Counted from the first letter of the stretch, positions 1 to 16,014 are shown. The stretch: DNA of 64,000 bases from the human T2T-CHM13v2.0 reference genome, Homo sapiens (GCF_009914755.1 NC_060937.1); one strand, 5' to 3'. The notes: generated by a model not told the origin, from the letters alone. Translations and numbers: made by a program.

Positions 1-2195
<2,195 letters not shown>

Positions 2196-3119
2196 TATAT
2201 ATAACCAATATTCACTCAACAAATACACATCATGTCATAATCTACAAAGCAGAGTGAGGCTACAAGAATGAAATCAACACGAGCCTTTCCTCAAGGAGGG
2301 TTTTTAAGCCTTCTTTAAATTGCACTTGTAAATAACTTTAAAATTCCACATTTTCCTCAATTAATGTATCACTAAAACACACTAAGGGTATTGAGATGGA
2401 AGTCATCCTCTGAGTTCTCTCTGCAAAGAAACAGTTTGGTGACCATGGCTTTAGTTACAACTTCTGAGTCACTATCTCAAAAGATAATTCTGTTAATCCT
2501 GCTTTTCCCACGTGGACTACAGTAAGAAACATCACAAGGTACATGGCAAGGTGCCACCCAAACACAAGCTGTAGTTTTGGAGAATCATCGTGATAGCATG
2601 TCCTTATTAAGTTGCTTCCTTTTAGTGAGCACTTGCTCTCCTGCTACATGCCATGCCCTTGAATTTCTTCCTGTTTATCTACCAGGTACTACCAAGTTTT
2701 CCAGTCTTCCAGGACCACCTGCTCTTTCTTTAATGCCCTTTAAGCTTACGCCTCATTCTGTGTGACAATGGAAATTCAGGCACCTCCTTGCATGTTTCTG
2801 AGGCTAAGTTCTCGCAAGTCCTTGGTGACATTTTTTACCTGTCATTCTGGGCACTACTCTTATACCTTCCCACATCTCTGCCCAAAGTGTGGATACAGCC
2901 TTTTGTCTCCACATTCCAACCACAGGTGGCTACTGTAGCAAACTTCACTGACAGTGCGGGATAACATATGTGTTTCATAATCCAAAAAGAACAAAATTAG
3001 AAACCAGATAGCAATGCTCCAAGAGCTTTCATTGATTGTAGAGGCCTATCAAACACCTTGTAAGTTAAAGTGCTTTGTTACTGATTACGTTGCCTACCTT
3101 ATATAAAAACAGCCCTAGT

Positions 3120-3455
3120 TGTTGTTCAATAAGTATAAAGTTTCAGTTATGCTAGATGAATACGTTTTAGAGATCCACCATAGAACACAGCGCCGAAATT
3201 AACAATACACATTGTGCCCTTCAAAATTTAATAAGAGGATAGCTCTCATACTAAGTGTTCTTATCACTAAAAAACAAACAAAAACAGAAGAACACATAGA
3301 AATTCTGGGAAGCGTTGAATGTATCTTTTCCCTTGAGTTGTGGTAATAGTATCACAGGGGCTTGCATATGTCCAACCTAATCAAATTGCACACATCAAAC
3401 CGATGCAGTTCTTTGTATATCACTTAGACCCCCAATAAGCTGTTAAAATAAATAA
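3120..3455 (+). mobile_element. Old L1M (L1MB-like) 3' end fragment
   Basis: GTATAAAGTTTCAGTTATGCTAGATGAATACGTTTTAGAGATC...CAATAAGCTGTTAAAA resembles an L1MB 3' UTR. Confidence 0.7.
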
Positions 3456-3589
3456 ATAGGAATAGAAGTTACAATAGACTACACCAACTGGGAAAAAATC
3501 CATTTTAGACCTCCATATCTTGCCTTTGTGAAAAATACTAGTAAGAAGAAAAGAAAATTATTTTAACACAAAAATATATTGATTTATTC

Positions 3590-3700
3590 AAAAACTATTT
3601 ATCACCTGCTCAGGTAGAGTCACTGGGGATATATATGATGAGCAAGACAGACGCAGTTCAGAGTTCCTACCTTCAAGGAAATACCTAATTTGCAAAGTGA
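3590..3700 (-). mobile_element. L2 3' end fragment
   Basis: TATTTATCACCTGCTCAGG...CACTGGGGATATA...AGCAAGACAGAC is the reverse of an L2 terminus. Confidence 0.5.
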
Positions 3701-4181
3701 GAGATGTAACCATCACCACTTCCTTAGAGATAGATGATGCCCCAAAGATCTGATTGAGAGCTAATAGTGACTAAACATTGAAATTCTAACATCAGATCAT
3801 TTCCCTTATGCCTGAGTTTTAGAGGCTTCTAGTGTTCATAAATTACAATAGAAAGATTCAACCCAAAGAAATGTAGAATGAAATCCCACACAACAAAACA
3901 GAGGATTAACAATGCAAAATAATGGGCAGTCAAACTCTTTATGCCCAGTAGAACTTCTAGCAGCTTATAAAGTGGAATTCTATTATCCAACCCCGATTCC
4001 CAGAGTTGTTTCTGTAGGGAACACAAAGCTGCCATGGATTTCAGATGAAAGCTGTAGGTTAGGACGGAGAGGAAAACGAAGAAAGGGAAATAATGCCTTT
4101 CCACTGTGGGATAAACAGACACTAGACAGCTCGGGGGCACACAGCACTCCCTTCTTAAAACATTTTCTTTGTCTAGCTTAC

Positions 4182-4314
4182 CTGACTCTTGTGTGCTCTG
4201 TGCTCTCCTTTCCCTCTGACCATCTCTTCTCCATCTCAGGCTGGCCTGAGGTCCTCAAACTTGTCCCCATATATCGCAGGTCCACTGGAGTCTGCTCAGC
4301 AAGTTTCTTGTTGG
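4182..4314 (-). other. Candidate exon (133 nt), unverified
   Basis: Minus strand reads aattccccacag|CCAACAAG...AGAGTCAG|gtaagc: strong donor, moderate acceptor. Confidence 0.2.
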
Positions 4315-4419
4315 CTGTGGGGAATTACATGCACTACTGTGGATTTTGCTATCACCTACATGCATAATAGCATTTGCCATGTGCCAGGCCTTAGTTTTAA
4401 GTAATTTGCATTTATTAAT

Positions 4420-5190
4420 TTATAATCTGCAGATGATTCCAAAACTATCCTCAGTCCAGGTCCCAGGGTATTAGAGTCTTCCAACAAACTGGCTACCAGA
4501 CACCCCTACCTGAGTATCTCATAGTTAAATCAGACTTAAACTGGCAGAAACCAAATTCAATTCTCGTCTCCTAAAATCTGATTGATTTCTCTGTTGTCAA
4601 ACCTAATTAATGGCAATCATTCATTCATCCAAATGAGAAGCCTAAAAATTATTCCTGGCTCTGCCATTTCACTCACCGCCAACCGCTAAGCAGCCTCAAA
4701 GCCTGTCAATTCTACTTCCAAATCTCAGCCCCATGCTGGCTGGCATTGCCCTCGTTCAGGGCAATTCTCTCTGAGATGTTGAAATTGCCTCTACCCTGCT
4801 TCTTTCTATGGAGTCGCCTCTTGCTATTCCCTTAGATACACCTCTTTTACTGAAGCTACTTTATGCCTCTGTGCTCCTGGACAGGGGTTCCTTCAAACTT
4901 GACTGCTCTTGTCTTTGTGAGCCTTGAAAACTCCTGCCCATTCTTCAAGACTCAAGTGCCACTTCTCCTGTGAAGTGGCCTCTGCCTCTGCAAGTTGAGT
5001 CACTTACTCCCTTCTCTTCATCTCCACAATAAAAGTATGTACGCATCTACCACAATATGTGGAATTGCTTCATTTAACATGTATTTCAAACATCCTTGAA
5101 AAAGATGCTGCATGTCTGTCTTTGTCCCCTCAGCACTAGCATGGCCTAGCAGGTACTGAGAAATTATTGTTAGATTTAATTTAATTGAAC
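4420..5190 (+). mobile_element. L2 fragment
   Basis: GCAGATGATTCCAAAACTAT... at the start and the terminal CCCTCAGCACTAGCATGGCCTAGCAGGTACTGAGAAATTATTG are typical of L2. Confidence 0.6.
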
Positions 5191-5487
5191 TCAGCCAATG
5201 TAATGCTTCCCATGCTATGATAAGTGCTAGCTGGAGATGGAATTTTTTAAAGAGGGTGCAGGGGCAGGGGAAAGGCAGACATACATTTCAGATGAAGAGG
5301 ATTTCTCAGGATTTTTCATTTCAGGTAGAAATAACATCATGGACACAGACGTAAAACTTCTCATCATGTTTAGAAAATCGTTAGTAACTAAACATGGCTT
5401 ACACCTAGGATGTGTGGAGAAAAGCAAGAGAGAAGAAGTTGAGAAGGTACGTGGCATGAGATAACTAAATTACTTAAAAGTGAATCT

Positions 5488-5742
5488 TTGGGAGGCCAAG
5501 GCAGGTGGATCACCTGAGGCCAGGAGTTCAAGACCAGCCTGGCCAACATGGTGAAACCCTGCCTCTACTAAAAATGCAAAAATTAGCCAGGTGCAGTGGT
5601 TCGCGCCTGTAATCCCAGCTACTCAGGAGGCTGAGGCAGGAGAATCACTTGAACCTGGGAGGCAGAGGTTGTAGGGAGCTGAGATTGTGCCACTGCATTC
5701 CGGCCTGGGTGACAGAGCGAGACTCCATCTCAAAAAAAAAAA
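5488..5742 (+). mobile_element. AluS, 5'-truncated, with TSD
   Basis: Alu dimer starting at TTGGGAGGCCAAGG; perfect TSD AAAAGTGAATCT at 5476-5487 and 5739-5750. Confidence 0.95.
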
Positions 5743-6159
5743 GTGAATCTACCTACCCAAAATATATTTCAATGCATTATTAGATACCTAAATTACCTAT
5801 TCTGTTGGGCTCTTTATTATTGACATTTACGGTTGTTTTTTCCTTTCAGTATATCTCTTAGTTTCAAATCTTAACATCAATTAATCCTTCCAAAATTTAG
5901 ATAAATAATACCTGGACCTAGAAATATCTAATACACTGGGAATTTTGATTACTGGTGACTAAGTCTACCCAGCAATCAGGCAAATAAATACTAATTGGGA
6001 AATGAGTTAAACAGGCTCTATCCCAAATTGAAAAGACTGCCAGTAATTCACACTAAGTTCTAACAAGGAATATTGGCAGAAGAGTACTTCCTGCAAGAAA
6101 TATATTGCCTGGGGCAGAGAGTGGGTTATTTCAAATGTGAAATAATCACAATTTTATAG

Positions 6160-6370
6160 CATTAAAATGGCTACCATTTGTTGAATTCTTCTGCACTTTA
6201 AGCGCAATACTAAATTTTTTGCCTGTGCTGTCAGGTTAGTTCCTGGTGATGACTCTGAAATGGATTTTCTTACTCCCATTTTACAGACACAAGCCAGAAG
6301 CACAGAGCAGTTTAGTTGCTCAGCAAATACAACAAAGCAGGCATGCAGTGAGGTCAGTCTGCTCTCCAAC
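6160..6370 (-). mobile_element. MIR
   Basis: CCCATTTTACAGA core in reverse MIR orientation. Confidence 0.55.
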
Positions 6371-6449
6371 TCTCAAGGTTAGTGTGAAATGGATGCTATA
6401 TAAACCATCACAGATTTTTTAGCAGGGTAGCGATGTGACTTAAGGGGCA

Positions 6450-6685
6450 GAAGACTCAAATTTAGCACAGTCTTTGCAACCAGACTGTTGAGTTCAAATC
6501 CTAAAATTACCACTTTGTGATCCTGAGCAAGTTGCTTAACTTCCCTGAATTTCGAAGGAGGAACATGCATAAAATGGAGACAATAAAATCTCCTCCACAG
6601 GGTTGCTATGAGAATGGAATTAATACATATAACGAGCTTTGAAGTATGTCTGACATGTAAGGATCCTGCCATTGTAATTATTGAG
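6450..6685 (+). mobile_element. MIR
   Basis: GAGTTCAAATCC...GTGATCCTGAGCAAGTTGCTTAACTTCCCTG...AGGGTTGCTATGAGAATGG. Confidence 0.7.
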
Positions 6686-6985
6686 AAAACCCTGCCGGAA
6701 ATGTGGAACGTATATTGTTAGGGCAGAGTCAAAGCAAGCAAAGCAAAGCCATCCTAACTGATGAGGGATGACGAGTGCCTGAAATAGGGCACAAAGCTGG
6801 AGAGGAGAGCAGCAGAGCTACTCTATGCTTGAGAGCTCTACCCTAAAATGCAAATACCATTCTGGCCATGCCACCTTGGAGAACTTGATCCGCAGGGAGC
6901 AGCTGGCACACCAATGAACACAGTTTTATCAGGTTATAGACAGGAGCAAGGATGAGAAAGTCTAGGGGAAAAGACAAGCTACTTT

Positions 6986-8427
6986 TTAAATTTTCAATCG
7001 CTTTAGGAGTACAAATGGTTTTTGGTTACATGGATGAATTTTATAGGGGTGCAGTCTGAGATTTTAGTGCACCCATCATGCAGGCAATGTTGCAGGAAGT
7101 CAGGGACCACCAACGGAGGGACCGGCTGAAGTCATGGCAGAAGAACGTGGATTGTGAAGATTTCATGGACATTTATTAGTTCCCCAAATTAATACTTTTA
7201 TAATTTCTTACGCCTGTCTTTACTGCAATCTCTGAACACAAATTGTGAAGATTTCATGGACACTTATCACTTCCCCAATCAATACCCTTGTGATTTCCTA
7301 TGCCTGTCTTTACTTTAATCTCTTAATCCCATCATCTTCATAAGCTGAGGAGGATGTATGTCACCTCAGGACCCTGTGATGATTGCATTAACTTCACAAA
7401 TTGTTTGTAGAGCATGTGTGTTTGAACAATATGAAATCTGGGAACCTTGAAAAAAGAACAGGATAATAGCAATGTTCAGGGAACAAGAGAGATAACCTTA
7501 AACTCTGACCGCCGGTGAGCCGGGTGGAGCAGAGCCATATTTCTCTTCTTTCAACAGCAAATGGGAGAAATATTGCTGAATTCTTTTTCTCACCAAGGAA
7601 CATCCCTGAGAAAGAGAATGTGTCCCTGAGGGGAGGCCTCAAAAATGGCCGCTTCTGGGGGTGGCTGTATTTTACGGTCAAAGCTGTAGGGATGAAATAA
7701 GCCCCAGTCTCCCGTAGTGCTCCCAGGCTTATTAGGATGAGGAAATTCCTGCCTAATAAATTTTGGTCAGACCAGTTGTCTGCTCTCAAACCCTGTCTCC
7801 TGATAAGATGTTATCAATGACAATGTGTGCCCAAAACTTCATTAGCAATTTTAATTTCGCCCTGGTCCTGTGGTACTGTGATCTCGCCCTGCCTCCATTT
7901 ACCTTGTGATATTCTATTACTTTGTGAAGCATGTGATCTCTGTGACCCACACCCTATTCGCTCACTCCCTCCCCTTTTGAAAATCACTAATAAAAACTTG
8001 CTGGTTTTGTGGCTTGTGGGGCATCACAGAACCTGCCAACATGTGATGTCTCCCCTGGACACCCAGCTTTAAAATTTCTCTTTTGTACTCTTTCCCTTTA
8101 TTTCTCAGATCGGCTGACACTTAGCGAAAATAGAAAAGAACCTATGTGAAATATCGGGGGTGAATTTCGCCCGATATCTGGCTGAATTTCCCCCAATAAA
8201 GCAGCGTACATTATACACAATATGTAGCTTTTTATCCCTCACCCTTCTGCCATCCGTACCTCTTCTGAGTATCCAATGTTCATTATACCACTCTGTATGG
8301 CTTGGCATACCCATAGCTTGACTCCTACTTATAAGTGAGAACATACAGTGTTTGGTTTGCCAATCCTGAGTTACTTCACTTAGAATAATGGCCTCCAGTT
8401 CCATCTAAATTGCTGCAAAAGACATTG
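6986..8427 (-). mobile_element. Short 5'-truncated L1PB/L1MA-type 3' end (pieces 6986-7087 and 8199-8427), interrupted by MER11A
   Basis: Reverse L1 3' UTR (TTTGGTTACATGGATGAATT...; CTGAGTTACTTCACTTAGAATAATGGCCTCC); perfect 16-bp TSD AAAGACAAGCTACTTT at 6970-6985 and 8428-8443. Confidence 0.88.
7088..8198 (+). mobile_element. MER11A-type solo LTR (HERV-K11/HML-8)
   Basis: Starts TGTTGCAGGAAGTCAGGGACC, has the internal repeated ATTGTGAAGATTTCATGGACA unit and AATAAA near 7989, ends GCTGAATTTCCCCCAATA. Degenerate 6-bp TSD AGGCAA/AAGCAG. Confidence 0.92.
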
Positions 8428-8700
8428 AAAGACAAGCTACTTTGAATGTTGTAGGGAAACAGGAATGTAACCTGGATGCCAAGAGAAATGCTGTCTGCTT
8501 TTTCCTGTTGATCACAGCTTCCCTGCCCTTGGCATATCTACCTTCTAGTTGGGGACACTTGAAGATACTTAATCCACGGCCCTGCATTATGAACTTGGTA
8601 AAATGAGGTAGCTGGTCTTCAAGAGTCATTTTTCAATATTAAATTTATATTAATTCATCAAAGAAGTTGGAGAAGTACATGGGAAAGGGCACTATGAGGT

Positions 8701-8751
8701 AAAAAAAAAAAAAAAACAAAAACAAACAAACAAAAAAAAAAACAAAAAAAA
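8701..8751 (+). repeat. A-rich / (CAAA)n simple repeat
   Basis: Directly visible. Confidence 0.85.
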
Positions 8752-9313
8752 CCCCTGGTTCTTGAAAGTTACATGAAATACAGACTCTTATCTTGTCTAT
8801 GTCTGCTCTCATCACAGAACAGTTAATAGATGATGCTATGATTTTGAAAATATTAAACACCCATTAATGCACCATTCTAGATCATTTTAAATGGTCAGTG
8901 AAATTGAAGACTTAGCTATTGCACTATATCAAGTAAAATAATTTTTTAAGTCTTCAAATTGCAGAATAATGTACCAATATCTGTGGTGGCATGCCTTCAT
9001 CCTCTGCAGGTGGATGAAGGAATATATATTATTAAATATTCAATTTACTGGGAATACAGTTGATGAAGCACGCTGAAAAATGAATGTGGTTACTTAATAG
9101 ACTACACCTTCAAATAAATAAGGAAAGATTGCTGCCCTGCTTGATATCTTCTATTTTAAATCTTCAAGCCAGCAGTTATTATTATAAATTAGTGCCTCTA
9201 AAGTGAGTTCTCAAGACAGTTTTCTATTGATGAACTGAATTTCCACTTTAAACCCGTCTGTTTAAGTTCAGAGAATACTACTGGTGAATTCGAAGTTAAG
9301 GTTGAAATTCAGT

Positions 9314-9803
9314 TGCGTTAGCTTTCTATTGCTGCTGTAACAAATTACCACAAATTTAGAGGCTTGAATCAACACACGTTTATTAACTTACACTCCTCAA
9401 GGTCAGAAGCCCAAAAGGAGCTACCCTGGGTTAAGCCTAAGGCATCTGCAGGGTTGTGCTTCTTCTGAAGGTTCTAAGGGAGAATCTATTCATCTCCCTT
9501 TCCCAGCTTCTGGAAGCTGCCACATTCCTTGGCCCGTGGCCCCTTCATCCTTCCTCAGAATCAGCAACCACGTCACTCCAACTTCTACTGCCACATCCCC
9601 TTCTCTCAGTCTCTTGCCTCCCTTCCCCTCAGAAGGAGCCTTGTGATTATACTGTGCCCACCCAGATAGTCCAGCATCACCTCTGCATCTCAAGATCCTT
9701 ATTCAAATCTGCAAAGTCCCTTGTGCCATGTAAGGGAACGTGTCCACACATTCCAGGAGTTAGAACACGGACATCTTTTGGGGGCATTATTCTGTCGGCC
9801 ACA
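9314..9803 (-). mobile_element. MLT1 (MLT1C/D-like) MaLR solo LTR
   Basis: TGCGTTAGCTTTCTATTGCTGCTGTAACAAATTACC...GGCCACA; 5-bp TSD TCAGT at 9309-9313 and 9804-9808. Confidence 0.88.
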
Positions 9804-11049
9804 TCAGTGTATTCAGATTTTCTCCTTTCCCTCATTTCCATACCTCATGACACAAAGCCTACACAGAGAGAAGTCATGGAAACAAGACAATGGGGGACAA
9901 GCCACACTGAATACTTTACACATTTAACACTCTGAATACTTGACATTACCTTGCCACATTTCTGTCCCGTGTAACAGACCTATTCATTTCACAGAACTGC
10001 TGATATAATCTTCCACTTTCAATACAGCAACACAGTTTCATAGCTCAGTTTCCATACCTGGAATGTGCTTTGTTCCTGTTGCAGCCTCCTTGACAACTGT
10101 GATGTTACAGAAGTTAACACACACACACCCTCTCTCTTAGATCCCTCTTCATGATGTGTGAGGCTCAGGTGGTTCTTAACACCTAACAGGGCACACCTGG
10201 AACATTAAACCTGTGAGGCTATGTTCAGCCCAATAAGATACTTTCAATTTATACACAATTTATCTTTAATATATTCAGGCTGTTGATATCTTTGATGACT
10301 CCTTTTGGGGTTTATAACCTTGATCCAGAAGACGCCTACTGCATCAGAATAAATCTTTGTAAATTTGCTTCTAGTTTATGTGTACTCCCTCCCTTGAAAA
10401 AGTTGCTGACGAATCTATTTTCTTCCTCAAATATGTGAGCACAAGAACTTGCAGATCCTGACGTGGCTGTGAGTGCCATGTGTCCGCAGTGTGCCCAGAA
10501 ATGTAGGTGTGAGCCTAGATGGACGTTCTTAGCTGGCACCACTGCAGGTCACTTGTCTTTGCCCCCAGGTGGCTCATATGTTTTCTAGCTCTTATACCGC
10601 CCTCGCCTCCACCCAGAGGAAGCTCATCTGGGCCCAAAGGCAAAACTCAGGCACCCTGAGAACCTACATCCCCTGGCACGAACTTCTGGCCAGCCCTTGA
10701 CAGTTTCTTCATTTAATGGCAAAGTCACTTCAGGCCTACCAGGTGTCTCTTAGCTATTGCCTGGGAATTTGAGGAACTGTTGGAGGCTTGCCTGTGCCAC
10801 AGGAGAAACGTCAGAGACTCCCAGGACTATCTAAGGCCCCTTCTGACTGGGCCAGCAGTTACCACCTTGGCTCCTCTTGTGTTGGCACGGCGCCATTGAC
10901 ACCTAGGACTCTCTCCGCTGGTAGAAGCATGCTCCACCCAGCGCCATGTGCCATCACTGCCCCAAACCATCTGGAGGGCTTTGTGCTCCCCACCCTGGGC
11001 TCAACTGAGGCACAGCAGGTGCAAGGCCCTTTCTCAGAAACCCTCTACA

Positions 11050-11155
11050 GCATCTGATATTTGACCATCTTCACTTTTGGGGTGGGGCCCAGGAAGCTGC
11101 ATTTTAAACAAATACCCCAATTTACTTGGAGGCAAATAGTACATAAGCCACACTG
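11050..11155. mobile_element. MER5-like hAT fragment
   Basis: GGGGTGGGGCCCAGGAAGCTGCATTTTAAACAA motif. Confidence 0.5.
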
Positions 11156-11645
11156 TGTACACGTACATTTCAAATACAAAGATTTCAGATCAGACCTGCC
11201 CTTCATTTTCATGATTTTGCTTTTTTTGACAGTGCAGCAATTCCTGGATTGAGGACAAACACTGAATAACTAAGCTATTCTTTATCTGAAGCACGCCAGC
11301 ACATCCTGTCTTTGTTTAAGCCAAATGTGCCTCCTCTGCTGTTATATATGATTGTTAAAGCACAGTGGCCTCAATTAACAGAAGACAAGCCAAAGCCATT
11401 ATCAATACTAAATTGCTAAAATTGTTAACATCGTTGAGAATAGGAAAGAGAAATAAATGGGACTTCAGACAAAGAATAAATAAGGGGAATGGTTTCACTT
11501 GCCAGGAAAATAAAAGCTATTCCTTATGTCAAAAGGCACTGGGCAATGAACCATTGAGATGTACATAGCCAAACCTTGCTAGTGACAATTAAAAATTAGC
11601 AATCTAACCATTATCTTCTGTCCTCCAGTTAGTAACAAGGCAGAG

Positions 11646-11845
11646 AGTAGTTCTTAAAAATGTGTTCACCAGACCAACAGCATCAGTATCACCTGGTAAC
11701 TTGTCAGAAAGTGTAATTTCTTGGGTTCCTCCCAGACCCACTGAGTAAGAGACTCGAGGATGGAACCCAGTAATCTTCGTTTTGACAAGCTTTAACAAGA
11801 ATCTTTTGGTGGTTCTGATGCAGGCTAAACTTAGAGAACCCCTAG
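11646..11845. mobile_element. MER5A
   Basis: AGTAGTTCTTAAAA...CAGCATCAGTATCACCTGG...TTAGAGAACCCCT. Confidence 0.75.
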
Positions 11846-12099
11846 TATAAAGAGAAGCCAGGAGCAAGTTATTTCTGTATCATGCAGTGACTGAAAGTAA
11901 AAAAAAAAAAGCTGAGATGAAGTAGTTACAGGAAAGGAAGTAAGAAACACTAAGGGAAAAAGTCTCCAACACAAATCAGATTTACATTAAAGAATCTGGT
12001 TATTTTCAGACAGCTGAATCAGATGCTCAAACCTTTTTTAGCATTCTACGCCCACTTCTGGTCTATATCTTCCTCCCACTGGAAAAATCCTTCAGTTCG

Positions 12100-12310
12100 A
12101 TTTAATTAGCATTACAGTTTACAATGTGTGTTCATACACATTATCTCATTTGATCCTCATAGTAATCCATGCAATAGGCAGAAATTATTCCCATTTTGTA
12201 AAGGAGATAACTGAAACTGAGAGATTAAGGGTTTTACATGAAACCACAAACTATTAATTAGCAGAGGCAGAATTTGAATTCTAGGCCTTTGCTAATCCAT
12301 GATCTTTCTG
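12100..12310 (-). mobile_element. MIR
   Basis: TTATCTCATTTGATCCTCATAGTAATCC...CCCATTTTG...GAGAGATTAAG. Confidence 0.75.
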
Positions 12311-12359
12311 TTGACTAAATTTAGCTACTTTTGGGAAAGTCCTCCTAAAGGATTTATTT

Positions 12360-12575
12360 CAGGATTTTTCAACCTCAGCACTACCGACATTTGGGGGGTT
12401 GCTAATTGTGGGGGGCTGCATTTGTCATTAAGTAGCAGTCCTGGCTTCCAACCACTGGATGGTAGTAGCACCCCCCTACACAACCACCCCTAAGTTGTGA
12501 CAATCAAAAATATCTCCAAGCATTGCCAAATGTCCGCAGAAGGGAGTGTGGGGTAAAAGCATCCCTTTGAGATTT
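12360..12575. mobile_element. MER20 hAT element
   Basis: CAGGATTTTTCAACCTCAGCACTACCGACATTTGGGG...GTTGTGACAATCAAAAATATCTCCAAGCATTGCCAAATGTCC. Confidence 0.8.
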
Positions 12576-12587
12576 ATGTTAACTAAA

Positions 12588-12772
12588 CAAGTGATTCTCA
12601 AGCTTTAGTGTACATCAGAATCACCTGGAGAGCGTTAAACTTCAGATTGCTAGGGCCTGCCCCTAGAATTTCTGATTCAATAGGTCTGAAAGGGACCTGA
12701 GAATTTGGGACTCTAACAAGTTCCCGAGTTATGCAGATGCTGTTGGTTTGAGGATCACAGTTTGAAAAACAA
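12588..12772. mobile_element. MER5A
   Basis: AGTGATTCTCAAGCTTTAGTGTACATCAGAATCACCTGGAG...CACAGTTTGAAAAAC. Confidence 0.8.
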
Positions 12773-13029
12773 CGGGCCAAACCATTCATTCATAAAAGGT
12801 ATGTTTGCTTTTTTAAATATTTCATTACACAAAAATGAATAATCCCACAACACAGCAGCTCTGAATACATCTTCTTCCCACACATCCACCAAGCTGAAGT
12901 TGAAGCTCAAATGGGGTTTCCATTATTAATACTTGACCCTTGAATATTATTTAAACAAAAAGTACTCTTACGCTGCTCAGTGGGAAATCTCTCATACTTC
13001 TGACTTCCCACATCTCTTTATGAAATTTT

Positions 13030-14285
13030 TATATGAGTGAGATCATGCAATATGTGTCTTTCTGTGCCTGGCTTATTTATTTCACCTAACGTAACATCCT
13101 CTAGGTTCACCCATACTGTCCCAAATGACAGGATGTCCTTTTTCATAGCTGAATACTATTCCATTGCGTATATATACCATATTTTCTTTATTCATTCAAT
13201 GATGAACACTTAGGTTGGTTTTATACCATGATTATCATGAATAGTACTGCAATAGATATGGGAGTGAAGACATCTCTCCAACATACTGATTTCATTTCCT
13301 TTGGCTATATACCTAGTCCTGGGATTGCTGGATCATATGGTAGTTCTATTTTTAATTTTTTTAGTAACTTCCATACTGATTTCCACAATGGCTGTACTAA
13401 TTTACATTCCCACCAACAGTGTGCAAGGGTTCCCTTTTCTCCACATCCTCACCAACATTTGCAATCTTTCTTATTTTTGACAATAGCCATTCTAATAGGT
13501 GTGAGGCGGTATCTCACTGTGGTTTTAGTTTGCATTTCTTTGGTGATTAGTGATGTTCAGCATTTTTTCATATTCCTGTTGGCCATTTGTATGTCTTCTT
13601 TTGAGAAATGTCTATAAAGGTCATTTGCCCATTTTTAAATCGGGTTATTTGTTTTCTTACTATTGAGTTGTTTGAGTTCCTTGTTAAGTTTGGATGTTAA
13701 CCCCTTATGAGATGCATGGTTTGCAAATATTTTCTCCCATTTCATAGGTTGTCTGTTCCCTCTTGATTATTTCCTTGGCTGTGCAGAAACTTCTTAGTTT
13801 AATGTAATCTTATTTCTCTATTTTTGGTGTTGCTGCCTGTGCTTTTGGGGTCATATCCAAAAAATTATTATCCAGACCCATGTCATTGAGCTTCTCTCCT
13901 ATGTTATCTTCTAGTAGTTTTGTTTCAGGTCTACATTTACGTTGTTGATCTATTATGAGTTAATTTTTACAGTGTGACATAGGGTCTAATTTCATTCTTC
14001 TGCTTGTGGATATTCAACTGTCCTAACACTATTTACTAATAAAACTGTCTATTTTCCATTGTGAGTTCTTGGTGCCTTGGTTGAAAATCAATTAACTGCA
14101 AGTACCTGTATTTATTTCTAGGTCCTCTATTCTGTTTCATTGGTCTATGTGTCTGTTTTTATGCCAGTATCATGCTGTCTTAATAGTAAATTTTGTAGTA
14201 GACTTTGTAGTAGATTTTGAAGCTATGTAGTTTGATACCTTCAGCTTTGCTCTTTTTGCTCAAGATTGCTTTGGCAATTCAGGTA
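13030..14285 (-). mobile_element. L1MA-type fragment (ORF2 end / 3' UTR)
   Basis: ATATGAGTGAGATCATGCAATATGTGTCTTTCTGTGCCTGGCTTATTT...CAAGATTGCTTTGGC; ORF 13228-13617 is the usual L1 antisense frame. Confidence 0.9.
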
Positions 14286-14554
14286 AAAGTATGATTTTTT
14301 TAAAGGAAGGCTATTTTTCTTTAAAAGAATGAGTTGACTTTTATTAAAATATTTTGAAGTTTATAACGATAAGGAAAGTGTCCATAGCCAATACTTTTAA
14401 AGTAGTAGGAAGTCTAGGCAAGGTAAAATATTCCTATAATCTGCATGTTATGGCCAGTTCTCACAGACTGGCATCAACTCTGACCAGCCAGCAGGTTTTC
14501 AAGCAGTGCTGAAACACCTGAAGATTTGCAAATGAAGGCATTTCCCCATGTCCT

Positions 14555-14702
14555 TGATGCTTAAAGTGTGGTCCTGGAACCACCGGGGAACTTAGAAATC
14601 CAGAGTCTCAGGCCTTAACCCAAACCAACTAAAGCAGAACCTGCATTTTAACAAGAGTTCCAGCTATTTCACATACCCATTAAAGCATGAGAAACGCTGC
14701 CT
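14555..14702. mobile_element. MER5A
   Basis: AAAGTGTGGTCC...CAGAACCTGCATTTTAACAAGA...TGAGAAACGCTG. Confidence 0.7.
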
Positions 14703-14907
14703 AGATAAAGCTGTCAATTTTTCATCATAGTTATTAAATAGACCAAAAAAACCTTGGTGAACAAAAAAGATCAATTTTGTTTATAAACTAAAGAAAACAA
14801 GACCTATTCCAGAAGTTAGCAAATGTTGTTTTAAGTTACATTAGATGTACGTGAAAGATACATTGTGTATACTAAACTTTTCTAAATTTTTAGAAACTAA
14901 ATAATTA

Positions 14908-15623
<716 letters not shown>

Positions 15624-15935
15624 GGACATCAAAGTAGAGACTATCACAGTTAACAGAATTAGTATTAAGGCATGGTCTTATTTTGATTAAAATTTCCTTT
15701 AAAATTTGAATCTAGGTAATTTTCTGGTTCAATTTTGTGTAAACTGAACAACTGACTAGATTTATTCAAATAGACAAACAGGAGATCATCATAGCGGACA
15801 GGAGGCAGGACTAGACTGCAACTCTGTCTCTGGTGAACAGAGCAGCATGTGGAGTCTTGCATCGTGAATTTTAGCTCCAGAACAACTCCAAGAACAAACC
15901 AGAAATCCCAGGAAGAACCACAGACCCTCTGAAGG

Positions 15936-16014
15936 ACCCGGGAGGCAGAGGTTACGGTGAGCTGAGATCGTGCCATTGCACTCAAGCCTGAGCAACAAGA
16001 GCAAAACTCTGTCA

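Noticed and set aside
7145-7320. Tandem ~90-bp duplication beginning ATTGTGAAGATTTCATGGACA
   Set aside because: A normal internal feature of MER11 LTRs.
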